From a virus (lineage: Duplodnaviria; Caudoviricetes): a stretch of DNA of 52,192 bases. The notes below the pieces were generated by a model. That model worked only from the letters and a program-made list of their open reading frames with translations. It was not told the origin of the DNA and made no database searches. The DNA lies in IMG/VR virus record IMGVR_UViG_3300034166_000764, positions 1 to 52,192 of that record; one strand, given 5' to 3'. This document shows, piece after piece, positions 36,861 to 45,846 of the stretch. The position numbers and the translations under genes are program-made. Every line of letters begins with the position of its first letter. The stretch's first letter is position 1.

Positions 36861-38841
36861 AGTATTAGCAGAGAAAGCTACAGGCTTCGTAAGCTTAAAC
36901 ACTAATTCTAATCCACGTAAACTAGAAGCTGATGAGCTATCCAGTCTAGTAAATATGCGTTACGGTACTGATGGTACTATAGAGAAACGTAAAGGATCTA
37001 AACTATTTAAGAATAACTCTCAATGGGGTGAAGTAGCTGTAATAGAAGGGATAGGTTATGAACTAGGTGAGACTGGTGCGGAGATGGCAGCTATACTAGC
37101 TAACGGTAAACTATTCTATGCTAAAGTAGCAAATATCTCAGCATTGCCTAGATCAACCTTTAACCCAGCTTATACTTGGACTGAGATAACACAAGCCTCA
37201 GCAGCACCAGCTATAACAGTTACAGACAAGAATAAAGTATTTATTAAATGTATAAATAATCATGTATATATATGTTCAGGTACTAACTATATAACCTACT
37301 TTGGTTCTGACCATGTACTAAGATCAGTTCCAGATCCTATAGATTTTGAAATCACTATGACAGTAAGTGCAGCAGTAGCAGCTACATTAGACACTACATA
37401 CACTGATGCTGATGGTAGAGAGTATGCTGTATCAGTAACTAAAGCAACTACTGTAGGTACTAGCCTAATATTAAGACAGACTGGTTCAGTTAATCTATCT
37501 CTTCTACCAGCTAGAAAGACAGGTGCTTTTACTTTAACTAAGACTGGTTCAGGTGCTGGAGATGCTTCCATATCTGTGACAGCAGTGACAGGATATTCTG
37601 ACAATTATATCTGTTTAACACAGAGACAAGGTAGATTAGAAGCTATCACAGATGCAGGCAGTTACTTCGTATCAGAGCCTAACACTGGATTTGATTTCAG
37701 CTCACCGCAATCAGATAGATATGATCTAGGTAAAGAGAATGGTCTATCACCTACTTATGCTTTCCCTGTATTTAAAAGCACTATTATATCACTAACTAAT
37801 GAGGAACTACAACAGTTTAGTTCAGCTTCCTTTCAAGGTACTATAGTTCCAGATCCTAATATTATAGCTCAACAAGAGACTAACGACTTCTTTAGAGTAG
37901 TAAGACAATCTAAGAGAATAGCTGTACTTGGCAGATCAGGTGAGGAAGTGGACTCAGGCTTTGTAGGCTTATCTAGAGATGGTTTTATTTATACTTCTTT
38001 TGTTTCTTCTGATAGAGAGCTAGGTTTAAATGTAAGAGATAAGATAGGTTCAGTAATCTCTAACTATACTCAATCTATTAACTACTCTGCTATGAACAAT
38101 GTAAGGGCTTGTATGAATGAGGAAGACAATACTTACCTATGTGCTGTTCCTTTAGACACTAGCACTAACAACAGTTTAGTGTTTATGTATGATGTAGATA
38201 AGTCTACCTTTGCTGTAGCTAATCAGAAAGCTATTGATAAATGGGCTACTTATGTTTATAATTTTGGTGATGCTAGCATAGTTAGCATGTTTACAGTCTT
38301 TGGTGTACCACACTTCGGACTAACAGATGGAAGTATCGTTCAAACGGAGGTTGATAATGTCTATACGGATATTGGCAGTAATTACTATAGTAGCTTTACT
38401 ACTAAGGCACTTGATTTTGGGATAAGAAGTTACTTTAAAACAATTAAAACATTCTTAGTAGACTTGACAGTAACAGCTACAGAAGCAGACCCACTTAGAT
38501 TAAACACTATTATAAAAGCAGATGGTAAAGTAATTCTATATGATATTAAAGGTAAGAAGTATAAAGAAGTAGATGTAGCTAGCTATCCTACTGAAGATGT
38601 GTGGACTACTGCACCTAGTGATGTGTGGACTACAGATCCTTTTGATGTATGGGGTGAAGGCTTAGTAGGTACTTATAGCTTAGTAAGCGGTATATCCTAT
38701 CCTAGATTTCAAGAAGTGTCTATCACTATAGATGATGGCAGTTCAGATAAACTATGGGGTGCTGCTGGCTTTGAAGCAATAGCTGAAAGAGAAGCCGAGT
38801 ATGCAGACTTTAGAAATATAAGAACTAGACCAAGAGATTAA
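36847..38841 (+). CDS. Probable tail nozzle / stabilisation protein (P22 gp10 / tubular B-like)
   Basis: N-terminal LVNMRY..DGTIEKRKG, beta-rich, FTTKALDFG..YFK near the C-terminus. Confidence 0.65.
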   Translation: MKEDRVLAEKATGFVSLNTNSNPRKLEADELSSLVNMRYGTDGTIEKRKGSKLFKNNSQWGEVAVIEGIGYELGETGAEMAAILANGKLFYAKVANISALPRSTFNPAYTWTEITQASAAPAITVTDKNKVFIKCINNHVYICSGTNYITYFGSDHVLRSVPDPIDFEITMTVSAAVAATLDTTYTDADGREYAVSVTKATTVGTSLILRQTGSVNLSLLPARKTGAFTLTKTGSGAGDASISVTAVTGYSDNYICLTQRQGRLEAITDAGSYFVSEPNTGFDFSSPQSDRYDLGKENGLSPTYAFPVFKSTIISLTNEELQQFSSASFQGTIVPDPNIIAQQETNDFFRVVRQSKRIAVLGRSGEEVDSGFVGLSRDGFIYTSFVSSDRELGLNVRDKIGSVISNYTQSINYSAMNNVRACMNEEDNTYLCAVPLDTSTNNSLVFMYDVDKSTFAVANQKAIDKWATYVYNFGDASIVSMFTVFGVPHFGLTDGSIVQTEVDNVYTDIGSNYYSSFTTKALDFGIRSYFKTIKTFLVDLTVTATEADPLRLNTIIKADGKVILYDIKGKKYKEVDVASYPTEDVWTTAPSDVWTTDPFDVWGEGLVGTYSLVSGISYPRFQEVSITIDDGSSDKLWGAAGFEAIAEREAEYADFRNIRTRPRD

Positions 38842-38848
38842 AATAAAA

Positions 38849-38883
38849 CCCTACACTCCAAGCCGTGGGGGCTTGTGGTAGGG
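38849..38883. terminator. Hairpin after the tail nozzle gene
   Basis: CCCTAC..CAAGCC/GGCTTG..GTAGGG between convergent units. Confidence 0.5.
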
Positions 38884-39055
38884 GTGCTAAGGAATCTAAT
38901 AACATCAATCTAGAATCAGTTACTAGCAGAACTTAGCATTGAACTACTCTATTTGAGCATATCTGTAAACAGACATAGGCTAGGTAGTTACTGATAATAT
39001 CTATATACCCGTTATTTTGAATTATTAACTATATTCCAGTAAATATTCTGCAATA

Positions 39056-39856
39056 TTAATCATCTACAAAACATCCACATCCGCCGAAATCATTTTTTTC
39101 TATTTCATTTAATTCTAAGTGCTTCTCCCTAAAAGCCTTTAAAGATAGATATTCTATTTTTTTATTAATTGTTTTTTTTAAAAAAGGTTTATCTAATTTA
39201 GGATTTTTTTTAATTAAATCTTCTTGCTCCTGTTCGTGCCTTAAATAAACTTCTGGTAATTTTTCGTAAAGGTTTTTGAAGTGTGCAAGTCCAGCCCTGA
39301 CACAAAAACCACCGCAATTATTATGAGAAAAACCTAAGTCATATAATCTAGGTTTTTCGATTCCATAACTGCTTAATATTTTTTCTTTATCTTCTGGGAA
39401 AATAAAAGGTTTATCGCAAAGTGGTGCTATAACTTCATAGGGATTATTTATTTTGGCTCTTTCTAGTCTTTCCGATTCCTCCCAGCCGATACCCAAGCAA
39501 ACAACAAAATCACCATTAGGGTAATTTTCTTTAATCCATTTATTGAAAGTTTCTCTTTTAAGGATTTTAGAACATGGTGCTATTCGAGAATTACCTTGAA
39601 GCTTAACATCCTCGAAAACTTGCCACGGGGTTCTTCCATCGGCTATTTCGATTAATTCTAAATTCAAAGCTTGAGCTGATTCCCTTAAAAATCTATATAG
39701 GTCGGGGTCTTCGATCAAAGTGTCCGTAAAGACTAATTTGATTTCCGTTTCTGGATATTTGATTTTGCACAGGTGAGCAGCATAAAAGCTACCTAATCCA
39801 CCCGAATAACTAACTATGATTGTTTTTGGCATTTTAACTATACTCCTGGTAAACAC
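39056..39856 (-). CDS. PAPS-reductase-like (adenine nucleotide alpha-hydrolase) protein with Cys clusters
   Basis: SYSGGLGS PP-loop, FTDTLIED, CSKILK, HNNCGGFCV, GGCGCF; start probably MPKT at 39832. Confidence 0.8.
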   Translation of the reverse strand: MFTRSIVKMPKTIIVSYSGGLGSFYAAHLCKIKYPETEIKLVFTDTLIEDPDLYRFLRESAQALNLELIEIADGRTPWQVFEDVKLQGNSRIAPCSKILKRETFNKWIKENYPNGDFVVCLGIGWEESERLERAKINNPYEVIAPLCDKPFIFPEDKEKILSSYGIEKPRLYDLGFSHNNCGGFCVRAGLAHFKNLYEKLPEVYLRHEQEQEDLIKKNPKLDKPFLKKTINKKIEYLSLKAFREKHLELNEIEKNDFGGCGCFVDD

Positions 39857-40286
39857 AAGTAAGTTTTTTCTTCTGATCTTCTTTAGTTAGTAGAGCTACT
39901 TCTGCCACTCTTCTTTTCTTAAGTCCTGACTCAGAAGCTAGACCTTTATTAATCTTATTCTTCATAACCCACGCAGCAGCAGGTTTATTACCGCTAGCAG
40001 CTAACTTAACTGCTTTAGTACAGCCGTATCTACCGGCATTATAACAATAGCTAACTAAAGCATCATGCTCATTCTTAGTAGCATTTTTAAATATTGATAA
40101 TACGTATTTAGAATCTAACTCCAAGTGTTTAACCATTCTAGACTTAGCTTCTGTCTTGCCTATACATTCCCATTTGCTATTAGCTTTAGTACCGTAGCCG
40201 TTAGAGTATTGAGATAAGTCATGGTAAGCACAACTAGAGAAGCCTTCCAACCCAATTATAAAAGTTAATAAAGACTCTGTAATCAT
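39834..40286 (-). CDS. Second GH24 lysozyme-like protein
   Basis: LEGFSSCAYHD...SNGYGT, DALVSYCYNAG, GLKKRRVAE. Confidence 0.85.
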   Translation of the reverse strand: MITESLLTFIIGLEGFSSCAYHDLSQYSNGYGTKANSKWECIGKTEAKSRMVKHLELDSKYVLSIFKNATKNEHDALVSYCYNAGRYGCTKAVKLAASGNKPAAAWVMKNKINKGLASESGLKKRRVAEVALLTKEDQKKKLTCVYQEYS

Positions 40287-40612
40287 CTACCTACCATCCT
40301 GATACCAGTACCAGCAGCTCTAGGCTCATGTACATAAGTAGCACCTATTCTAACGTGAGAATCTTCGCTAGTAACAGCAGCCTGTCTTGACAACTCTTCA
40401 GCTTCCTCATAATACTTAACAGCTTTTATTGATGTAGCTAAAAGCTTGTTTGCTGTTAGATAGTTAATCTTACTTCTTCTATACTCAGCCTCAGCATACC
40501 TTTGGTTCTCTCTTCTAACCTCTAGCTCATCTCTTGCTATCTTTAATTGTGGTGTATCCGCTAATGCAGCTTGACCAACTAAAACTATTCCTAATAATAT
40601 TAATTTTTTCAT
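40283..40612 (-). CDS. Exported coiled-coil protein
   Basis: Signal peptide MKKLILLGIVLVGQAALA. Confidence 0.65.
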   Translation of the reverse strand: MKKLILLGIVLVGQAALADTPQLKIARDELEVRRENQRYAEAEYRRSKINYLTANKLLATSIKAVKYYEEAEELSRQAAVTSEDSHVRIGATYVHEPRAAGTGIRMVGR

Positions 40613-40678
40613 AAAAACTCTCCCTTACCTATTGTACCCAAAATTAGGATTAGTATTATTAATTATCTCTAATGTTCA

Positions 40679-40709
40679 AGTAACAAGACAATCCCCACTG
40701 TAATACTAT
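40679..40709 (+). promoter_or_regulatory. Putative phage late promoter before the tail-fibre module
   Basis: AGTAAC-N14-TGTAATACTAT. Confidence 0.65.
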
Positions 40710-40718
40710 ATATAATAG

Positions 40719-41357
40719 ATGTCCTTCTCATTCATTAAACCTCTGCCGTTGAACAACAACCAGAGAAACGCAAAAGAAATAGCAGATGCTATAACAGAGC
40801 TGCGTGATGGTTTAACTACTTTTAATCCAGATGATCTAATCCTACCAAGTAAGGTAGGTGGTGCTAACAAAGCATTAAGTTTAAATGCAGGTGAAACAGC
40901 TTTAGTATATAACACTGTAGCTAGAACAGACGCTTCTAGTTTTATTAGTCAAGATATTTTAGTACATGATGGTAGTTTATTTACTAGATTAGGTAAAGGT
41001 GCAGAAGGTCAATTACTTGGCGTAACTTCTGGCAATTTAGCTTATAGGACTGTAGCTACTGATTTAACTGATTGGGAAATTAAAACATCTAACTTTAATG
41101 CTACTGATAAAGGTCAATATTCCATTAATACAGGTTTAAATGTTCAACTACCTCCACCGACTGCAACGATTAATATAGTAGTCAAACCAGCAATAGGACA
41201 GGATTTTACAGTAACTCCATCAACTTTAGTTAGGGCTGGTTCTGAAAAGATAGCTAATGACGCTGCTAGTTACACAATGGATATAAATGCAGAGTACAAG
41301 ATTACAAGTAATGGTACAGATTATGATGTATCCGTTACACCAATAGGGAGAGTTTAA
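40719..41357 (+). CDS. Tail fibre protein
   Basis: RLGKGAEGQLL and WEIKTSNFNA...VQLPP fibre-type repeats. Confidence 0.65.
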   Translation: MSFSFIKPLPLNNNQRNAKEIADAITELRDGLTTFNPDDLILPSKVGGANKALSLNAGETALVYNTVARTDASSFISQDILVHDGSLFTRLGKGAEGQLLGVTSGNLAYRTVATDLTDWEIKTSNFNATDKGQYSINTGLNVQLPPPTATINIVVKPAIGQDFTVTPSTLVRAGSEKIANDAASYTMDINAEYKITSNGTDYDVSVTPIGRV

Positions 41358-41359
41358 TT

Positions 41360-42985
41360 ATGGCAAGTGCAGGAGATTTATTTGGTGGCGGTGGTGTATC
41401 AGAACTAGACTTAGTAGCTGGAGAAAACTTAACAGTTGGAGATCTAGTGTCTTTAGGCATTGATGGGAAAGCTTATAAATCTATAGGGCTTTCAAATAAT
41501 TCAAGTGTAGCTAGTCCTTTGCCTTTAGCTACAACTACAAGGTATTTACTTGATACAGTAGCAAGTAAAATAATTGCTTTGGGAGTAAGCACTGTTACTA
41601 ATACTGCTTTATACACTTCCGTGGGGAATGTATCGGCTTCTGGTGCTTTAACTTGGGGTGCTGTAACTACGCATACGATGGGTTCAACCATTGGAATTTC
41701 TACTGCATCTTGGGATGCGATAAGACAATCTAATAATCAATTAATGCTTGTATATACAGATAATTCTTTGCCACCTTATATTAGAGCTAGAATTATACAA
41801 TACTCAGGGACTACTACTACAGTAGGTACGGAAGTAACAACAACAGCAACTAATGTTACAAATAATCCAGTAATTAATCTTGTGGCAGACTCAACGGGAA
41901 GAGTTTTAATAGCTTGGTTCAGAAATACCTCTAATTTTACTTTATGGGGTGCAAGAGCCACTGTATCAGGAACTACTATTACTTTGGGGGCAGAAACGCA
42001 AATAACACTAACTAGTGCGCCCGCCTCTAATACGAATCAGCGACTAGAAATGCTTTACGATGCAACCCAAGACAGGGCTGTCATATTTGCGAATTACCAG
42101 TATGCAAGTACGTCTTACGGTACAGATTTAGTATCAGTTAATTTTTCATCTACAGTGTCTACAGTATCTACTTCTGCTCAAGGAAATTTTGCGTCTCCCT
42201 CAGGAAATTTGCGAGGAGCTTTATCTAGGGTTTCTGGCACATCATCTTATTTAGTTAGAAGGTGTCTAAGTAATACTACTACTAGCGCAAGAATTGTCAC
42301 AATAACTACAACAGCGTTTACACTTGGCATAGAAGTAACTTTAAGTCAAAATGCTAATGGGATAGACAATGCTAACTGGGTAGAAGATACTGTAAATAAT
42401 AAAATTATTTTCGGTTATGATTCAAACGGCTGTCAAGTTTTCACTAGATCAGGTACTACATTAACTTTAGAAAAAACAGATACAGATATAGACTTTACCT
42501 CCAGCATTATGAATTTTTTTAGCCCTTACGTTGTAGGAGCATTTAGTTCTTTGCAACAGATATATGATTTTTCAGGTGCAATTCCAAGAGCAGTGGGAAC
42601 TTTAGATATAAATACAACGGCTTTAACAAGTCAGGCAAGATTACTAACTGCAACAAGCGGTATAACTTATTCTATTGAAAGAGAAGCAGGAGCAAAGCTA
42701 GGAAGCAGTATCCAAAGACATCTTATAGCAAGAAAATTAACAAACGAAAACCAGATAGGAGTATCTACTCAAACAGTATCAGCAGCAGCTACGGTTAGGG
42801 TAAGACTTAGATTTAACAAAACGACCCCAGCTAAAATAGTTACTGGGCTATCTGGATTAACTCCAGGTGTTCATTACTATACATCAACATCGGGGGCTAG
42901 AGATGTAGCAGGTGTAACTTATCTAGGTTATGCTAAATCTGCTACAGAATTAGTATTAGCTAATCCTGATGGAGCAGAGACATAA
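41360..42985 (+). CDS. Putative tail tip / receptor-binding protein
   Basis: AGENLTVGDLV N-terminus, T/S-rich beta repeats, GLTPGVHYY...GYAKSATEL C-terminus. Confidence 0.6.
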   Translation: MASAGDLFGGGGVSELDLVAGENLTVGDLVSLGIDGKAYKSIGLSNNSSVASPLPLATTTRYLLDTVASKIIALGVSTVTNTALYTSVGNVSASGALTWGAVTTHTMGSTIGISTASWDAIRQSNNQLMLVYTDNSLPPYIRARIIQYSGTTTTVGTEVTTTATNVTNNPVINLVADSTGRVLIAWFRNTSNFTLWGARATVSGTTITLGAETQITLTSAPASNTNQRLEMLYDATQDRAVIFANYQYASTSYGTDLVSVNFSSTVSTVSTSAQGNFASPSGNLRGALSRVSGTSSYLVRRCLSNTTTSARIVTITTTAFTLGIEVTLSQNANGIDNANWVEDTVNNKIIFGYDSNGCQVFTRSGTTLTLEKTDTDIDFTSSIMNFFSPYVVGAFSSLQQIYDFSGAIPRAVGTLDINTTALTSQARLLTATSGITYSIEREAGAKLGSSIQRHLIARKLTNENQIGVSTQTVSAAATVRVRLRFNKTTPAKIVTGLSGLTPGVHYYTSTSGARDVAGVTYLGYAKSATELVLANPDGAET

Positions 42986-43023
42986 AAAGGACTTATTAAA
43001 ATAAGAAAACAAGGAGAAAAAAC

Positions 43024-43401
43024 ATGGCACAAATAAAAACATACAATGAAATAGCGAACCCAACAGGAACAGGAGCGATAGGATTAGTTCAAGTACAACC
43101 AGCAGGTAGTACACTAACAGACGGTGTTATTGCTCTATCTAACGTAGACAGTATAGGTATTCAGTTAGTAGGAACATTCACTGCTACAGTTCAATTTGAA
43201 GCATCTAACAATGGTACTACTTGGGTAGCTTGTAAAGGTGAAGCAGCAGCTAACAACACAGCAGTAACTACAGCTACAGCAGCAGGCTTATTTAGAGTAC
43301 AAAGAGATGATTTATCTGCTTATAAATTCTTTAGATTAAACGTATCTGCATTTACATCAGTAACATCATTTGATCTAACACTAACTACTAGAAAGGAGTA
43401 A
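43024..43401 (+). CDS. Small structural beta-sandwich protein
   Basis: GTFTATVQFEASNNGTTW...FFRLNVSAFTS; strong RBS. Confidence 0.6.
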   Translation: MAQIKTYNEIANPTGTGAIGLVQVQPAGSTLTDGVIALSNVDSIGIQLVGTFTATVQFEASNNGTTWVACKGEAAANNTAVTTATAAGLFRVQRDDLSAYKFFRLNVSAFTSVTSFDLTLTTRKE

Positions 43402-43404
43402 TTA

Positions 43405-43476
43405 ATGAAAAATAAAAAAATGACACCTAGTAAATCAGGTAAAGGTACAGGAAGTAAAGGTAAAGGCAAATGCTAA
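43405..43476 (+). CDS. Tiny basic K/G-rich peptide (23 aa)
   Basis: MKNKKMTPSKSGKGTGSKGKGKC; AAGGAG RBS; fills the gap and overlaps the next start. Confidence 0.5.
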   Translation: MKNKKMTPSKSGKGTGSKGKGKC

Positions 43477-43793
43477 TAACAAATAGTACAAACGGTACTG
43501 GGATTCAAACATTCTGTGCTGATGGTAGTGGTGAAGTAATAGCTGGTGATGGTACTGTAAAATATACAGCAGCAGCATTAACCTGCACTCATGTAATGTT
43601 ATTCGCTGACGGTGCTGACACTCCAATAGTGTTCAGTGCTTTAGGTTCTGGAGTATCTATTACAGCAGCAACACACCCATTAATAGTTAAGAATGGTGAA
43701 AGACTAATCCTAACAGTACCACCATCTGAAAGATTCCTAGCTTCTAAAGGTGCTTCTGGTACTCTTAGAATAGCTTATGGAGTTAATAACTAA
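43470..43793 (+). CDS. Small structural protein
   Basis: 107-aa beta-rich ORF. Confidence 0.6.
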   Translation: MLITNSTNGTGIQTFCADGSGEVIAGDGTVKYTAAALTCTHVMLFADGADTPIVFSALGSGVSITAATHPLIVKNGERLILTVPPSERFLASKGASGTLRIAYGVNN

Positions 43794-43805
43794 GGGATAT
43801 AAATT

Positions 43806-44153
43806 TTGGCTACACCTACAGACTCATTAAAAGTTAATATAACTGTAAAACTAGATGGTGAAAAATCCCCTAACTCGTCTAGTTCGTTTAGGTTTGAAGG
43901 AGTAGCCACAACTTTTTTTAATATAACAGTTCCTGCTAGTAGCACTTATGTTTTTAATCAAACATTTATTGGTTCTATAGAAAGGATATTTATAAAGAAT
44001 AATAGTGGTAAGAACTTAGCATATAAGCTAGGTGCTGGTACTACAGAGTATGATCTTAAGAAAGTAGCTATACTATCTTTTGATACTGACATTACCTTTG
44101 TAAATGCTAACACGTCAGCAGTAACAATATCAGTACAGGTACTAACAACATGA
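43806..44153 (+). CDS. Small structural protein
   Basis: 115 aa, TTG start; resembles the next gene (VPASSTY). Confidence 0.6.
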   Translation: MATPTDSLKVNITVKLDGEKSPNSSSSFRFEGVATTFFNITVPASSTYVFNQTFIGSIERIFIKNNSGKNLAYKLGAGTTEYDLKKVAILSFDTDITFVNANTSAVTISVQVLTT

Positions 44154-44533
44154 GAATAAGTATAGACAATGAAGTGTCAATAGATAGAGAACTACATAAA
44201 GTACATAGCAGTTATATCACTATTGATGATAAGAGTGCAGATCTAACTGAACAAATACTTATTATACCAGCTAGCACATCTTATACAACAGCAGCACTAT
44301 CACTAGCTACTGCACCTATACTAACTTATATCACTGTTAAAGACAAGTCTAATAACACTGGACTTAACATTAGGTTCAATGGAGCTACAGATACTAGCTT
44401 TAAACTAGATCCAGACCTTCTATTAGAAGAAGTAATCACTAGCGTTAGTATTAATAATACCAGCTCTGATGATAAAGTAGTTATATTCTTACAAGCAACT
44501 GGTTCAGTTGATTATAAGCTAACAGTTAATTAA
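44150..44533 (+). CDS. Small structural protein
   Basis: 127 aa (IPASTSY); last late gene, converges with the minus arm. Confidence 0.6.
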   Translation: MRISIDNEVSIDRELHKVHSSYITIDDKSADLTEQILIIPASTSYTTAALSLATAPILTYITVKDKSNNTGLNIRFNGATDTSFKLDPDLLLEEVITSVSINNTSSDDKVVIFLQATGSVDYKLTVN

Positions 44534-45009
44534 CCTAATAAGTCTTCTAAATGGTCTATTAAATACATACTGTAACTCTGTGGTTGTTTATAATTACCAG
44601 ATAGTATCTCTTTTATCTTTGGTTTAAAATAGTCTTTACCTTTACCAACTTTACCGTCTTCTCTAAATACTGGTTTACCATTCTCTAGTTTAGATAGGTT
44701 AGAGTCTTTAACTTCCTCAAAACATCTCTCTAGTACCTCTACAGCTCTGTCTCCATAGCCTGCATCCTCTAATACTTGAAGTCCTATGTTAAAAGCTACA
44801 AAGGCTACATCACATACACCGTCTATAGTTTCTACTACACTATCATTACCGTGTATAGTATCCTTCATAACCCAAGAATAAGAAAGAAGTCCTTGTCTCA
44901 GCTCCTCAACCTCTTCATCTAAATACTTTAAATGATCTATAGCTGACTGCAAAGGATCTGGATTACCAGCTCTTACTATTTTATCTATAAACTGTTTAAT
45001 CTTTTTCAT
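44530..45009 (-). CDS. MazG-like / PRA-PH family NTP pyrophosphohydrolase
   Basis: EEVEEL, ETIDGVCD, EVKDSNLSK..GKPVFREDGKV.KG.DYFKP. Confidence 0.85.
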   Translation of the reverse strand: MKKIKQFIDKIVRAGNPDPLQSAIDHLKYLDEEVEELRQGLLSYSWVMKDTIHGNDSVVETIDGVCDVAFVAFNIGLQVLEDAGYGDRAVEVLERCFEEVKDSNLSKLENGKPVFREDGKVGKGKDYFKPKIKEILSGNYKQPQSYSMYLIDHLEDLLG

Positions 45010-45431
45010 TAACTACTTATCTCCCTACAAAATCTCCACCCAAGTTCATACTTATCTTGCATAAGCTGTAGGAAGTATTCAGCATCAACTACTGCTAATG
45101 GTGCTTTCCTATTCCTTTTCAGTATTAATACTGGTTCTACTAATATAGGATTAGGAACATGAGTAGCTTTAGTTATCTTCTTATTCTCTAACTTAGCACC
45201 TTCACATGCCTGCTCATAAGCAGCCCAGATACTAACACTTTCTTGAGCTTTACACTCTATTGCTAAAGGTATCTTACCTTGTGCTAGTGGAGATAGTTGT
45301 ATATCTGTACCAGTAACACCCATAGGTGTGGATTTAATATCATTAACTAACTCTGGAAATAGCTTAATAATCTGATCTCTAACCCAGTTCTGCAAATTGC
45401 GGCCCTTTGCCTTACACGATTTTGTATTAAT
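45009..45431 (-). CDS. Holliday junction resolvase-like PD-(D/E)XK nuclease (probable ATT start)
   Basis: SCKAKGRNLQNWVRD, G.DI, IECKAQE, EPVLILKRNR; ORF-track start 45395 truncates the conserved KAKGR. Confidence 0.75.
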   Translation of the reverse strand: MNTKSCKAKGRNLQNWVRDQIIKLFPELVNDIKSTPMGVTGTDIQLSPLAQGKIPLAIECKAQESVSIWAAYEQACEGAKLENKKITKATHVPNPILVEPVLILKRNRKAPLAVVDAEYFLQLMQDKYELGWRFCREISS

Positions 45432-45846
45432 GATTAGCCTCCCTCTCTGTCTCTAGTATAACACCAGCCTTACCAATATGTCTAGGGTATTCTCTACCTC
45501 TCATAATTAATTGATGTTCATATTTAGTAGGCTTAAATATCTCAACTAACTTAGCTACAGCATTATCTACATCAAACTCTTTACAGCTAAATATATCTAC
45601 TGTTAAGAAGTTATCCTGATCTGGGAAAGTGTGGAAGGCTATATGACTCTCTGCTATTAGCACAACACCACTTAGACCCCACTCTTCCTCTACTTTACCT
45701 TTATACTTAAATACATATGGTGGCATTATCTTAGTCATACCCAGAATACTAGGTAAATTATCCAATACTTCAGTAAGTTTATCTATGCTAGTTAGTGTGG
45801 AAGGCTCACAACCGTAAGCCTCCAATATAAGGTGTGGCCCAAACAT
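45427..45846 (-). CDS. speD: S-adenosylmethionine decarboxylase proenzyme (class 1B family)
   Basis: GPHLILE, GLSGVVLIAESHIAFHTFP (ES self-cleavage site), VDIFSC. Confidence 0.9.
   Translation of the reverse strand: MFGPHLILEAYGCEPSTLTSIDKLTEVLDNLPSILGMTKIMPPYVFKYKGKVEEEWGLSGVVLIAESHIAFHTFPDQDNFLTVDIFSCKEFDVDNAVAKLVEIFKPTKYEHQLIMRGREYPRHIGKAGVILETEREANH

Noticed and set aside
18582-43626. Short alternative-frame or antisense ORFs within late genes (e.g. 18582, 18832, 19017, 21436, 23577, 24791, 25163, 26057, 27491, 30601, 31377, 32689, 34208, 34724, 36212, 37296, 40706, 41473, 41776, 43435)
   Set aside because: Overlap well-supported genes; explained by codon bias
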